Shown here piece after piece: positions 39,501 through 48,856 of a DNA stretch of 64,000 nucleotides; position 1 is the stretch's first letter; the number at the start of each line of letters is the position of its first letter. Source of the DNA: a virus (Duplodnaviria > Caudoviricetes); the IMG/VR virus record IMGVR_UViG_3300014204_000110; one strand, 5' to 3'. The notes under the pieces were generated by a model. It was not told the DNA's origin. It did not search any database and saw nothing but the letters and a program-made list of their open reading frames with translations. The translations under genes and the position numbers were made by a program.

Positions 39501-40373
39501 TTATCTACTGGAGATGCTGGAATTGCTCAATTATTTATTAGTTTAGCTAAACATGAAACAGATATAAAGGGGTTAGAACAAGTATCTAAAGTTTATGCTA
39601 ATCCTTTAACCAGAGATGCTGAGACTCATAATGGAGCTAAACAGTTCTTTGAAAGACTTATGCCTAAAGGAATGGAAGGTCGTGGAGAAGAAATTTATAG
39701 AATATTTACTGATTCTATGAAAGCGTATAATGAATATACTCCAAGAGATTCTATTAGTTCTGAGATTATAAAATCAATTGATGACATTGATGGTCTTAAA
39801 GATGGAACTAATATTATGAACGCAATAATGTCTACTGCTCATGTTGATTTTTTAAATGATTATGGTGATCAAATAAGAGAACAATATAGATCTCCTACTC
39901 AAGAAATGTTTGATGTTCTTGGTAAGAAATTTAAATTTGATCCTAGTAAGATTAATTTTAAAAAAGGTGGTAAAATAGGAGCAGTTGGAGCAGCAGTTTA
40001 TTTAGCATCTAATTTCTTTAGACCTCATCAATTAAGTAATTCATTAAATCCATTTGATGCTTTTACAGATCTAGGATCAGATATTGATAGTTCTCAAAAT
40101 AGAAAACTATTTACGGATTTAGAACTTGAAAGATCAATACCATTGGATATGGTAAATGCTTCCTTTTCTAAAAAAGCATATATTAAACTTAATAAAAGAA
40201 ATAATAATCAGGATAAGTCTATGATTATTAATGACATGCTAAAACAAGGTTATAGTAGTACTAATCCTTTATTGCATGAATGGAGAACTTCACCAAGCTA
40301 TGACTATGCAGACTATACTACCAACGTAGGCTCCTTTGGAACAACTTCATTAGATAGAAAATCTAGATATTAA
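33528..40373 (+). CDS. Putative virion single-subunit RNA polymerase with a DEDDh exonuclease domain
   Basis: 2281 aa; GRDNDGD catalytic-type motif; NIGLATN; QLFISLAKH; DLDFET...FDLEFL...AHSSTVD. Confidence 0.7.
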   Translation: MNKFDERNENIKDQNWFIRTTFKIGVLSAATFGIYKMRGPAKSLADKYLNQYKDKIIERESWKKLDSKTRMLGSTASINQPNFGLDLDDQEFDRMFQKKDDFVFTLETDPLKVLDLETQENSLIKTIELDIGNDAVIDKHDVLFKLRKDALYERINTSSLLRMEDRAALESINNIKDSDKLEALHNFYMSNDLNYYRKYKQKLTAVTHDYRTSMNKMYVKFGHNPKITSDIAKDFIYGTAKFDASPETAVKLRYQAKELKKDMYQPINVFELLKQKKPITSGSFVKKDLTDQFEKDIASFDYSNLLKDLGEKIEELQDKELRPKSYVKNVSYTIARENSFGSEERWFLNIALQHETRGTAEIRVPVSQHGLIPGSKMSVTEQLDGFYLKPEKHFVPNLLHTNLSTDYQNKTQMILKKVFNILDGSQMERDFADNPQSFARSVQNIITNLLDDPIAGRSGRDFIKMNRLVFPNPSPKISKYYRERLGDIVATGRSMKSFSQNLKNKSNMMIIDLDFETISRDTPGLNWMAKDDFTEITEVGFVVQDYENGKLIKTDMDKIHSNHAVHAIDGWREKKNAINWIRSQTHNSEKMTDVELIDSWKSQVNNDAEWSRLRHGKTFHSNHDIAQHAANKLLISIKKAVSERKKVFINTKNSRFDLEFLKAYAGHEWSYLKKYVQFIDSQSIAHLYNIKGQQGSMSLSNIMIRMMKGYGATRDDILPVAKGSLTHAIRWLKSKDRKLCSIDDAIIDEMEKSKVLGLAHSSTVDALASNFILFKSHEDLFGHPEIYKEFSEIEKFLARCKNSSSLSESMEEAKLREVYSTVNGMTISSHMLAQGQAAKRMMSRISNHHISSYTDSPLSKQWDQFHAGVRVSPSDRFLKEMNNSKDKQLYNKYFKSVFLSRGEIGMYKGISADAMTNNFQHHVILDTIHVFNPYMGEGGYNAVSTEAFKNYKIHFTERVDLSQVQSGGEDPILNKRLIDMQNKIYKEARALANGDHGKINKHHLEMAARKVVETMDSLGETIINPVDRSNTLSHGDANIKTSKKEFGGKILNVVTNLEAGKISMHADIEYLANGESFEDMPFRLRNESTKSMGVVDNYNSLLIANGANHLSDAGFLTKGYVHAQKSMLTFKIMSNLFDTYNDPNASEVEKRYAEKTLQRLAKDVKGQPFDINNRQIVHDPDANPEFSNILDPMEIEQSKKYYGNVDMSFSKLDQYMVDARIVWTEEKFNQWLGLWGGEKNLRKFINQSISSHTHYIEKQLKSTGKTLGHLEQSAIQDYSTYLNEWFLPSMEKVKSGKAAMYWEPFKKYKDGSTMTFGYRGPSRYSLYGIASGNKPVAKEIKMRSSILHFITQPFSHVTPSTVKSIKASKRAYGGNKFSSAYATLRRYKDTICSNAMAKGHDLNLDDINRLLDNKGDIDVKKLARWSFSDEEKSKIISNVIDDLQEATKDGSKLQGAIETILNEMQQDKFEKAFEKGSNLITTVAAEKNWENLAKEKGGVFTYSKRPELGGGFTFHINELLDRTPGFTDDEVTKAKNLSLDFFEHIYKNSPDGFVKDFDREKGQVTLKYLAIHADTSKANVMNYINKSAQEKGYGYLSTPAKYQRHLFNAMKEYELEVKKLSSGSNQIKVQEEFLKKQYLLYTLKGFLMDSSSIYARSAQEYVPVGLQSHIIGTSAVIEKAREIMYQGGIEKAYGVKGSSKHDQLIKRLAEESDFTDVIVSEDVFKKMQYPDGTNIYEKLKKTKTKEEVKRVMSGLESHFMYSNSNPNIQAASDAIQSHRLTIVPKDVRKYLAVSNSLIHANSMQVKLAGRDNDGDRMGFVVHAYETADDLVNLQKEHSEYKRKVLESYIGRPRTAEEVKAGDASKIITFGEYGKKGWVRDFSNGNVNYTYYDDAGREVHTSVPINSSKAEELLGDPFFSNYAKNAYTLEMNTPARATTQEAYKQLDRVCATVVSKNNIGLATNIAYKMTRHLMQVGLTGKNPDAAKLLYGNLSTGDAGIAQLFISLAKHETDIKGLEQVSKVYANPLTRDAETHNGAKQFFERLMPKGMEGRGEEIYRIFTDSMKAYNEYTPRDSISSEIIKSIDDIDGLKDGTNIMNAIMSTAHVDFLNDYGDQIREQYRSPTQEMFDVLGKKFKFDPSKINFKKGGKIGAVGAAVYLASNFFRPHQLSNSLNPFDAFTDLGSDIDSSQNRKLFTDLELERSIPLDMVNASFSKKAYIKLNKRNNNQDKSMIINDMLKQGYSSTNPLLHEWRTSPSYDYADYTTNVGSFGTTSLDRKSRY

Positions 40374-40561
40374 TGGGTATCAAGACAAAATTAGTTATTG
40401 ATCTTCCAGATGATGTTGATTATACTCAACACGTTAATAATATTAAAAATCAAATATCTAGAATTAATGGATTAGAAACTATTGTAAGTTTACAGACGAT
40501 AGATGATCCAATCAGCCTTAGTCCAACCAATATAAGAAAAGTAAGTGAAGCTAATGACTAA
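40373..40561 (+). CDS. Small hypothetical protein
   Basis: 62-aa ORF, TAATG-coupled. Confidence 0.5.
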   Translation: MGIKTKLVIDLPDDVDYTQHVNNIKNQISRINGLETIVSLQTIDDPISLSPTNIRKVSEAND

Positions 40562-43500
40562 TATTGATCCAAATACAATTGGAAATGCTTTATATTTTAT
40601 TCTTACTAAAAAAGAACCTTATAGTAAATATATATCTATTTATTCTTCAGATCAATCTCTTGGTAAATCTACTGTTCCTAATTTAATTATAGAAGTTTAT
40701 AATAAATATTTTAAGCTTCAAGTTAATCTTAATACTCAATCTAAAAGTAATATATTTATTTTACAAGGTGGAGATGTTATTAAAACTGGTAGTGGTAATA
40801 CTTATTTAATAACTCATTCTGAAGGAACAGTTGGAACTTGGCCAAAATTAACAGATATAGATAATCTAGAAATTAATTCTACTATTAAACAGTATGAAGT
40901 TATAAGACCTAATTTTGATAATATTAAAGAAACATTACTTGAAGATCTTCAAAATATTGGAAAAGAAATATTATCCACCGATAGTGAAACTAACCGATTA
41001 CTTGAGCAAATTCCTGAAACATTAAATAATTCCAAAGATATTAAAAGTGCAGATGGTGTAGACTTTTATTCATTAGGTGAAGGTGCTTTACAAATTGGTG
41101 ATTTAATTTTTGTTGTTGATCCTACACAACTTGCTTTTAATTCTCAAAACGGATATCAATATTTTCCTACTTTAAGAACTCAAGGTAATCCAAAAATACC
41201 AACTACTCAACAAGTTAAAAATTTATCTATTAATTTGATATTTCCAAATGAAGATAGTATAAATTATCAACTTTTAAATTTATATGCAATGTTTAAAAGA
41301 ACTCCATTTGTTAATATAAGAAATAAAGATATTTGTGAATTTTTTAAAGATATTTGTTTTATGGAAGAATGGCTTCCAGTTGCTCTAGAAAGTATTCAAA
41401 TACAATCAGTTCCTGGTTTTCCAAATACATTACAAGCATCAATAACAATACTTCCTTTTGATTATAGAATGATGAGTGATGGATTTCAAGCACTTCTTTC
41501 AATGGAAGATGTAGAACGTCAACAAACTATTTTATATCGAAATGAAGAATATGATAGATTAATTAGAAAAGCAGAGTCTAAACTTGATGAACAATCTGTA
41601 TCAGAAGAACGATTTCTAGATGTACTTATTCATGATATAGATAAATCTCCTGATTTTAGAAACAGTTTGCCATTTAGAGCATTTTATCAATCTTTGATAG
41701 CTGATCGTAAATTTATAATGAATAGTTCTGGTAAAATAGTTTCTACCTCTAAAAAAGGTAGTTATGATATTGCTTGGTTTAGACCAACTAAGACTGAAAA
41801 TTTACTTAATGAATATAAAGCTTCTTCTAATAATAAATCAATTACATTATCCTATAATTATATTTCTAAAGATTTTCAAACATTTTCTAAAATAGTTTCT
41901 AATGAACGCACTGATAAACAAGTACGACTACTTAAACAACTTACAGATTTTTATACTTCTATTAGAACTAAAGATGATCTTATAAAAGAAATGGTTACTT
42001 TTTTTACAAGAAAAGAAGATTTTTATAATATAACTGAAGGAAAATTTCAAGAACTTTCTAATAATATAATTCCTAATTTAGTTACTCGATTTGGTATTAC
42101 AATGGAAGGTCAAAGTGAAGTAATTATTAAAAATTGGTTTGATCTTCTTACCAAAGGTTTTGCTATAAAACAAGGTTGGGTACAAACATTTGAATCAATA
42201 CAAAGTATAAATAATTTCTTTGGTGGTAATTTTTCTGTTGATAATACTGATGTTTTAGGATTTTTAAATGGTGTTACTTATACTGATAAAGATACCTTTG
42301 GAGTTGGAACATTTCAATGGGGTATTAAGAAAATATGGGATTGGATTGATACTGGAACTGATAAACAAAAAGAATTGAAAAAGAAAAACTTTTCAGCATT
42401 TCTAGGAGAATTAAGAGTTGCTATTACTAAAGAAATTACTTCTGAAACTCTTGTTGTAAATCCTACTGCTGATGGTGAAATGTTTAGTATTGCTAGAATA
42501 CCAATTGTATCAGAAGATATTGTTATAGATAATGTTAGTGATATAATTGTTGGTTGGTCAATTGTGTTTTCTAATAAATTTATTCCAATGACATTACAAG
42601 CATATAAATATCCATATTATCAACATATTGGTTCTGAAGATCCAGTAATGTCTTTAAATATAACATCAATATATAATAAAAATAAAGATTTAAAATCACA
42701 ACTTTCTATATTATCTGAACGTCTTCATGAATCAGCAAAAGTTGTTACTCTTAATGCTCCAGAGTTGATAACATATCTAGATCCTAGAATAACTATTAAT
42801 GCTGAAGCAAATAATTTATTTAATTCTTTTGGAATTAAAAAAGTTGTATTTGATTCTTTTAATATTGTTAATATTGATGGGCAACCAAATAGTTGGAATA
42901 TTGCAGTTAATTTTACTCAATCGAATTTTACAATATCTGATTATCATGGTGTATCTCATGTTCCTTCTAATGAAATTGCTATTCTTGAACTTGCTAAAAT
43001 AGTTTCAAGTATAGAAAAAATTAATGATAATTATGTTGTAATGGATTATAAAACTAGAAGTGGTAATTTATTAAATCTCAATGATATTCTTAAAATAAGA
43101 TTTCTAGCTTGGTCAGTAAGTAATATTGATCAAAAATATAATATCATTGAATATATTAAACAAGTTAAAAGTGGAAGACAAAGTAAAAATACTGGAACTA
43201 TTGGAAATGAATTAGCTGATAAATATTTACAAGAATTTTATAAATCTATAGGTAGTCTAGAAAGTTTTTCATTATCACAACCAAATACTACAGAAAATTT
43301 TAATGTACGAGAAGTTAATATAACTAAAACTAAAATTTTACAAGATTTAATATCTAATACGCAATATAAAAATATTTTAGATTTTATAAATATTAAAACT
43401 GAAGAATTATTTAAATTAAAATCTGAACTTATACGATCTTTGATATTTAATGATAAATCTTGGTTTAGAAATTATTTAGATAGATATGATGCTAGGTATA

Positions 43501-46500
43501 GAGCTAATCCTATATTGTTACCTTATGTAATAGCTATATTTGATACAATTGAACTTGAACAAAAAAATAAAGTAACATCAAAATTATCACCAATATTTAA
43601 TTCAATGGAAGAATCTTTTTCTTCAATGGTTTCTATAGATTTTGCAGATAAAATATTAAGAGATCCAGTTGTATATAAAAAAATAATTACTCCAGAAATA
43701 ATTGGTGAAACTCAGTTTAATAATATAGAACGTTATAAAAAGTTATCTAGAGTTAATTGTTATAATGATTTTGATATTCCTAATTTTTCAGATACTGTTG
43801 TTTTAGGACCAGATTTTTATTTATATAATAATATAGTTGATATTTCTGAAAACAGATATTATATATCTGAATCTCTTAAACGATATGCGAAAATTGGTAA
43901 ACTTGGAGCAATGATGTCTTTAGTTGAATCAACTGATGCTCTTATAAAGTATGACCAAATTATATCACAACTTGAATCTATTGAACCTGAAGTTAAAGAA
44001 GCGGTATCAGTATCTCTAGCTGATGATATTCCAGGATATACTTCTGATGGAAATATAAAAGAAATTATAGCTAAATTAAAAAATATACAGACTCAAATAT
44101 CTTTATGTAATAATAGTATTGATGAAATAAATACAATTTCTGATGATAATCAACAATTATTAGATAAATTTAAAAATGATTTTGAAAATAATTTATATCC
44201 TGGAATGAAAAAAGAAGAATTTGATACCGCTTATAAAATAATGGAATCAAAAGTTAGTAAATTAAAATCTGGTATAACTGTTGAAAATATTGATTTTAAA
44301 AAGATAAATCTTATACATTCAGCTAGAACAATGACAATGTTAGAAATTTTTGAAATATATAGTGTTTTAAATAATTATATCATTGATGAAATTTCAAGTA
44401 AAAATAATATATTTCAAATGAAACCAACTAAACTTGATGATCAAGGTTTAACCAAAAGTTCTTCTGAAAAAGAAGTTGCACAAAAATTGTATAATTATGT
44501 TAGATTTGTCCTTATAAATAATAAAAATATAACTACATCTTCATTAGAATCTGGTGGAACTTTTTCAAGTGATAGTTCAACTGAAGATAATTTTAAAAAA
44601 GAACTTAAAAAACAATTTAGTGCTGGTGGTATTTCTGATTCATTTAATAAAACTTTATCATTACCCAATTTGCGTAATATACAAAACTATTTATTTAATA
44701 AAATAGGTTATTATATAAGATTAAATTCTTTTATTGTTGAATATGGAAAAAGCAATTCTATAGGAAAAATTGATTTAACTAATCTTCCAGAACTTAGTTA
44801 CTTAGATTTTTGGAATTTTCGATCAATTGAAGAAAATGATAGAAAAATTAAAATAATAAAAGAGTTTTCAGAAAACCAAGATAATAAAAAAGATACAACA
44901 ATTAAAATGTATCCAACATTTAAATTATTTTTTGTTGAAGAAGATAAAAATTTTATAACACATAATTTTGATGATTATTATACACAGAATGCTATTCAAT
45001 CTATTGAAATTGTAAGTAATAAAAATTCTGCAAGTAAAACCGCAAGAATTATTTTAAGTAATGTTACTAATTCACTTACTGATAAAATGAGTCTTCTTAG
45101 AGAATCTGAAGATTTATTTGGTAATAGTATTGGTACTGATGTTAAAGCTAAAAACTTATTTCTAGGAACTCTAGATGTTAAACCTGGAACTCAAATAATT
45201 ATTAAAATGGGATATGCTCCTTATGATAATCTATTAACTACTGTATTTCATGGAAGAATTATAGAGATGAATCCTGGAAGCATGGTGGAAATGATTTGTC
45301 AGGATTTTGCATCACAACTAAATCATAAAGTAGTATCAGAAAAATTTGGTGTTGCTTCTACTGTTAAAGATTATGGTGATATTGCTTCAGCTACTCTAGA
45401 TATGATTCCTGGACTTGAAAAACTTGGTAAAGAATCTAAATTTAATATTATAAATACAGATAATTTTACTGGAAGAAATTTAAGAAATATTGGAAGTAAT
45501 TTTGCTAATAGATATCTTATGAGTAATCTTTTTGGATCACTTTCAGCACTTAATGCTGCTAAAGATAATCCTAGAGATGAAAACATATATTTAAACTATA
45601 GTGCTGTAAATACTGTATATCATAAACCAACGTTTGACTGGATTATATATGATCAGACAGTCTGGAGTGTATTACAAGAATTATGTTTATATAATAGAGA
45701 CAAAATTGCGACAATTAGGACATATAATGAAGATCCAATGTCTAGTAATAATAATCTACGAGAAACAATAGTAGTTGGTGATAAAGCTGGTTATTATAAA
45801 TGTACAGATTCTTTTGCATTATCTTCTTTAAATATTAAAGAACTTGATGCATTTGCTTCTGAATGGGATACTATTAAAAATTTAATTTTAAATAATAAAT
45901 ATAATTCTGCATATTGGGAAGTTACTAGAGAAGTAGCAAGTCTTAATGAAGGTGAAGTGTTTATATATAGACGTCTTAATAAATCTGGTGTTCAGTTATA
46001 TTCTTTTCTACAGAATAAATTAAATTCTCTTGTACTTATTGCTCATCTTTTAGATACTTATAAATTAAATAGTAGTCAGTATGTATTTGATCAACTTCTT
46101 ACATCTCTTACTGAAAATAAGTTTTTTAAAGATGATTTTAAAGAAATGATATATAATATTTATAATTTTAATAAAAATTATTTTATTAATACTGATCAAT
46201 TAAATTCTACTATATTTGAGAGTTCTACAAAACAAGTTATTAACTTTGAAAAGATTATTACTGATCTTAGAAAATATATTAAAGATGTACAATTTGTAAA
46301 AGAATCATATTATAATGTAAAAGATACATCTTCCAATATTGATCAAAAATATCTTAATGATCCTCAGTATAAAAAGATTCAAAAACATCATCTTATAACA
46401 GATAGTTCAGATATTATATCAAATAACATTTCTCTTAATTCTTCATTTTCTAATGTTGTTAATGTTTATTATACCAATGAACCAAATATAAATACTGCAT

Positions 46501-47546
46501 CGTTAGATAGTATTAGTCCTGATAAAATAAAAACAAGTGTTAATATGTGGAGTGTTAAAGCTTTTGGTGATCAGAAAGATGAGTTCTCTAGAATATTAAA
46601 TAGTTATCAAAAGAATATAGATACAAATTGGTTTGATGTTTCTAATACTCTTGCTAGTTTTTATGGTAAATTTCAAAGAATTAAAGGACAAGAATCTTTA
46701 AAAAAATATAAAAATTTACAAAATTTTGAATTACCAAGATGGGATTTATTTCCATCATTTGTTCTTGTAGGTGTAAGATTACTTCAAAAAGAAGTTGAAA
46801 GGATGTATCAAGGTACAATTGAAATTGTTGGTAATCCTAAAATACAACCTTATGATATTATACATTTACAAGATTACACAAATGATATGCATGGTGTTGT
46901 AGAAGTTGAAGAAGTCATTCATTCTTTTACTCCTGAACGAGGATATAGAACTATAATTACTCCTAATCTTATAACTTATGATAGAGATCCTATACAACTT
47001 CAAGATATTCAAATTATTAATCAAATATATGATTTTTCTAATGTGAGAAGAAATGTTGCTCATGTTGCTAATATTGCTACTGCTGGTATGTTTAGTATTG
47101 TTTCAATGCTAGGACTTGCTGCAGGTGGTATTGGTGGGACAGTCACAGCAATTGGTGCAGGATTACCAGCATTAGGATTTTTATATAATGGAACAGTTGG
47201 AGCAGTTGTTAAACAACAGAAGTTTTTGTATGATCAATTAGGACATATTCTTGGAAGAGATTGTATTAATTTTACTTCTTTATTATATCATGGAATGCCA
47301 TTTATGACTGGATTTGATGGTGTTGATTATACTAATTTAAAAACTTTAATGAATCATAAAGTTGCTGATATTAAAAATCCAATTAATCGATTTTTATCTT
47401 TTGGAGATACTTTTGATGCTAATATTATCACTAACTGGAATCCTGAAGAATATGGAATTCTTCAATCTATATTTGGAAAGTTACCTATTACTAGCGATAT
47501 TGCTAGTTATCAAAATTCAGGTTTAAAGACGGGATTTACTGAGTAA
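40545..47546 (+). CDS. Large baseplate hub-like virion protein
   Basis: 2333 aa; IIIKMGY...VFHGRIIE...MICQD and GTIEIVGNPKIQPYD...VEEVIHSF hub-like motifs; true start may be ATG 40554. Confidence 0.65.
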   Translation: MKLMTNIDPNTIGNALYFILTKKEPYSKYISIYSSDQSLGKSTVPNLIIEVYNKYFKLQVNLNTQSKSNIFILQGGDVIKTGSGNTYLITHSEGTVGTWPKLTDIDNLEINSTIKQYEVIRPNFDNIKETLLEDLQNIGKEILSTDSETNRLLEQIPETLNNSKDIKSADGVDFYSLGEGALQIGDLIFVVDPTQLAFNSQNGYQYFPTLRTQGNPKIPTTQQVKNLSINLIFPNEDSINYQLLNLYAMFKRTPFVNIRNKDICEFFKDICFMEEWLPVALESIQIQSVPGFPNTLQASITILPFDYRMMSDGFQALLSMEDVERQQTILYRNEEYDRLIRKAESKLDEQSVSEERFLDVLIHDIDKSPDFRNSLPFRAFYQSLIADRKFIMNSSGKIVSTSKKGSYDIAWFRPTKTENLLNEYKASSNNKSITLSYNYISKDFQTFSKIVSNERTDKQVRLLKQLTDFYTSIRTKDDLIKEMVTFFTRKEDFYNITEGKFQELSNNIIPNLVTRFGITMEGQSEVIIKNWFDLLTKGFAIKQGWVQTFESIQSINNFFGGNFSVDNTDVLGFLNGVTYTDKDTFGVGTFQWGIKKIWDWIDTGTDKQKELKKKNFSAFLGELRVAITKEITSETLVVNPTADGEMFSIARIPIVSEDIVIDNVSDIIVGWSIVFSNKFIPMTLQAYKYPYYQHIGSEDPVMSLNITSIYNKNKDLKSQLSILSERLHESAKVVTLNAPELITYLDPRITINAEANNLFNSFGIKKVVFDSFNIVNIDGQPNSWNIAVNFTQSNFTISDYHGVSHVPSNEIAILELAKIVSSIEKINDNYVVMDYKTRSGNLLNLNDILKIRFLAWSVSNIDQKYNIIEYIKQVKSGRQSKNTGTIGNELADKYLQEFYKSIGSLESFSLSQPNTTENFNVREVNITKTKILQDLISNTQYKNILDFINIKTEELFKLKSELIRSLIFNDKSWFRNYLDRYDARYRANPILLPYVIAIFDTIELEQKNKVTSKLSPIFNSMEESFSSMVSIDFADKILRDPVVYKKIITPEIIGETQFNNIERYKKLSRVNCYNDFDIPNFSDTVVLGPDFYLYNNIVDISENRYYISESLKRYAKIGKLGAMMSLVESTDALIKYDQIISQLESIEPEVKEAVSVSLADDIPGYTSDGNIKEIIAKLKNIQTQISLCNNSIDEINTISDDNQQLLDKFKNDFENNLYPGMKKEEFDTAYKIMESKVSKLKSGITVENIDFKKINLIHSARTMTMLEIFEIYSVLNNYIIDEISSKNNIFQMKPTKLDDQGLTKSSSEKEVAQKLYNYVRFVLINNKNITTSSLESGGTFSSDSSTEDNFKKELKKQFSAGGISDSFNKTLSLPNLRNIQNYLFNKIGYYIRLNSFIVEYGKSNSIGKIDLTNLPELSYLDFWNFRSIEENDRKIKIIKEFSENQDNKKDTTIKMYPTFKLFFVEEDKNFITHNFDDYYTQNAIQSIEIVSNKNSASKTARIILSNVTNSLTDKMSLLRESEDLFGNSIGTDVKAKNLFLGTLDVKPGTQIIIKMGYAPYDNLLTTVFHGRIIEMNPGSMVEMICQDFASQLNHKVVSEKFGVASTVKDYGDIASATLDMIPGLEKLGKESKFNIINTDNFTGRNLRNIGSNFANRYLMSNLFGSLSALNAAKDNPRDENIYLNYSAVNTVYHKPTFDWIIYDQTVWSVLQELCLYNRDKIATIRTYNEDPMSSNNNLRETIVVGDKAGYYKCTDSFALSSLNIKELDAFASEWDTIKNLILNNKYNSAYWEVTREVASLNEGEVFIYRRLNKSGVQLYSFLQNKLNSLVLIAHLLDTYKLNSSQYVFDQLLTSLTENKFFKDDFKEMIYNIYNFNKNYFINTDQLNSTIFESSTKQVINFEKIITDLRKYIKDVQFVKESYYNVKDTSSNIDQKYLNDPQYKKIQKHHLITDSSDIISNNISLNSSFSNVVNVYYTNEPNINTASLDSISPDKIKTSVNMWSVKAFGDQKDEFSRILNSYQKNIDTNWFDVSNTLASFYGKFQRIKGQESLKKYKNLQNFELPRWDLFPSFVLVGVRLLQKEVERMYQGTIEIVGNPKIQPYDIIHLQDYTNDMHGVVEVEEVIHSFTPERGYRTIITPNLITYDRDPIQLQDIQIINQIYDFSNVRRNVAHVANIATAGMFSIVSMLGLAAGGIGGTVTAIGAGLPALGFLYNGTVGAVVKQQKFLYDQLGHILGRDCINFTSLLYHGMPFMTGFDGVDYTNLKTLMNHKVADIKNPINRFLSFGDTFDANIITNWNPEEYGILQSIFGKLPITSDIASYQNSGLKTGFTE

Positions 47547-48319
47547 TGTTTGATCTAGAAACAAAATATCAACTTAAAGCATTTGTTGGAACTATTGCTG
47601 GACTTAATTATTTTAATGATACTCATAAGATTATTAGATTAGAATTTAATAATAAATTTTATGATTTTAAATTTATAAGTTCAAATGAAGTTCCTAATCC
47701 TTCTAAACATTTAGCTATCGTTATAACAAGTGAAGAATTTTTATCTGATAATGCGTCTATATCTGAAGAAAGATTAAATTATTTACCAGGAATAGTTGAT
47801 AAATTTGGAAATATTGGTGATCTTCCATTAGGATTTGTTTATATAATTAATAAAAAACAAACTGTATCTGTTACTAATCCTAATAGTGGTGGAGCTGGAT
47901 TTGCTATAAATAATACAAATATGTTTGATTATGATAAGATTGCAGTTTCAATCTCACCCCCTTTAGACAATGACTATACTAATACTGAAAAAGATGATAA
48001 TAAACTTAATAAAAATGTTGGTATTTTTATAAATCATGATGGAACTATACTTGTTAAATCCAAAGGTGGATCAATAACTCTTGGTGAAGAAGGAATATAT
48101 TTAGCTGGTAATATAGCTTGGGAATCTTCTGAACATCAAAGAGAATGGATGATGGATAATGGATTTCATAGATTTATACCATCAACAATGGTTTCTTTTG
48201 CTTTAGCATTACCTGAATTTCCGAATTTAACTACTTTTGCTAATATTGGAAATGCTGCTCAAAAAGTATTAAGTATTGTTAAAAAAGTTAGTAATATATC
48301 AAAAATTGTAGGTAAATAA
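47546..48319 (+). CDS. Putative baseplate spike-associated protein
   Basis: Position between hub and wedge genes; beta-repeat-like GIFINHDGTILVKS. Confidence 0.45.
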   Translation: MFDLETKYQLKAFVGTIAGLNYFNDTHKIIRLEFNNKFYDFKFISSNEVPNPSKHLAIVITSEEFLSDNASISEERLNYLPGIVDKFGNIGDLPLGFVYIINKKQTVSVTNPNSGGAGFAINNTNMFDYDKIAVSISPPLDNDYTNTEKDDNKLNKNVGIFINHDGTILVKSKGGSITLGEEGIYLAGNIAWESSEHQREWMMDNGFHRFIPSTMVSFALALPEFPNLTTFANIGNAAQKVLSIVKKVSNISKIVGK

Positions 48320-48846
48320 TGGCTGAATTTTTTGAAGGAATGAGAGATATTAGATTAAATTATGATCTAGATATTAACTTTAAAAACGGTGACTTATTAA
48401 CTACTACTGGAATTGATTATATTCAAATTGAGATATATAAATTACTTATTACTGAACCTGGAGATTGGAAAGCTTCTCCTAAACTTGGGTGTACTCCAAA
48501 TATTTTTACTGGAGCACAAAATACTAAAGACACTGGTAAAAAAATAGAAAATTATCTTAAAGAAGGTTTAAAAGATACTGTTTTTCCAAGTCAAGTTAAT
48601 GTAAGAGTTGTACCTACTAATTATACAAATATAATGATATTTATTGATATACTATTACAAAATTTTGAAATTGATTCTATTCCTTTCGAATTTGATTTTA
48701 TTAATGGAATTAAAAAATTTAATAAATTAGATTATGTTGTTAATAAACCAAAATCATCAATCGAATATAAAATAAATAATATATCAAATATTAAACGACC
48801 AAATAAATATTTACAACGATTACGAGAAGATACTTTAAGTTTGTAA
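48319..48846 (+). CDS. Baseplate wedge/sheath initiator (gp25-like)
   Basis: GDLLTTTG...LITEPGDW..SPKLG pattern; position. Confidence 0.65.
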   Translation: MAEFFEGMRDIRLNYDLDINFKNGDLLTTTGIDYIQIEIYKLLITEPGDWKASPKLGCTPNIFTGAQNTKDTGKKIENYLKEGLKDTVFPSQVNVRVVPTNYTNIMIFIDILLQNFEIDSIPFEFDFINGIKKFNKLDYVVNKPKSSIEYKINNISNIKRPNKYLQRLREDTLSL

Positions 48847-48856
48847 TGGAGAAATA

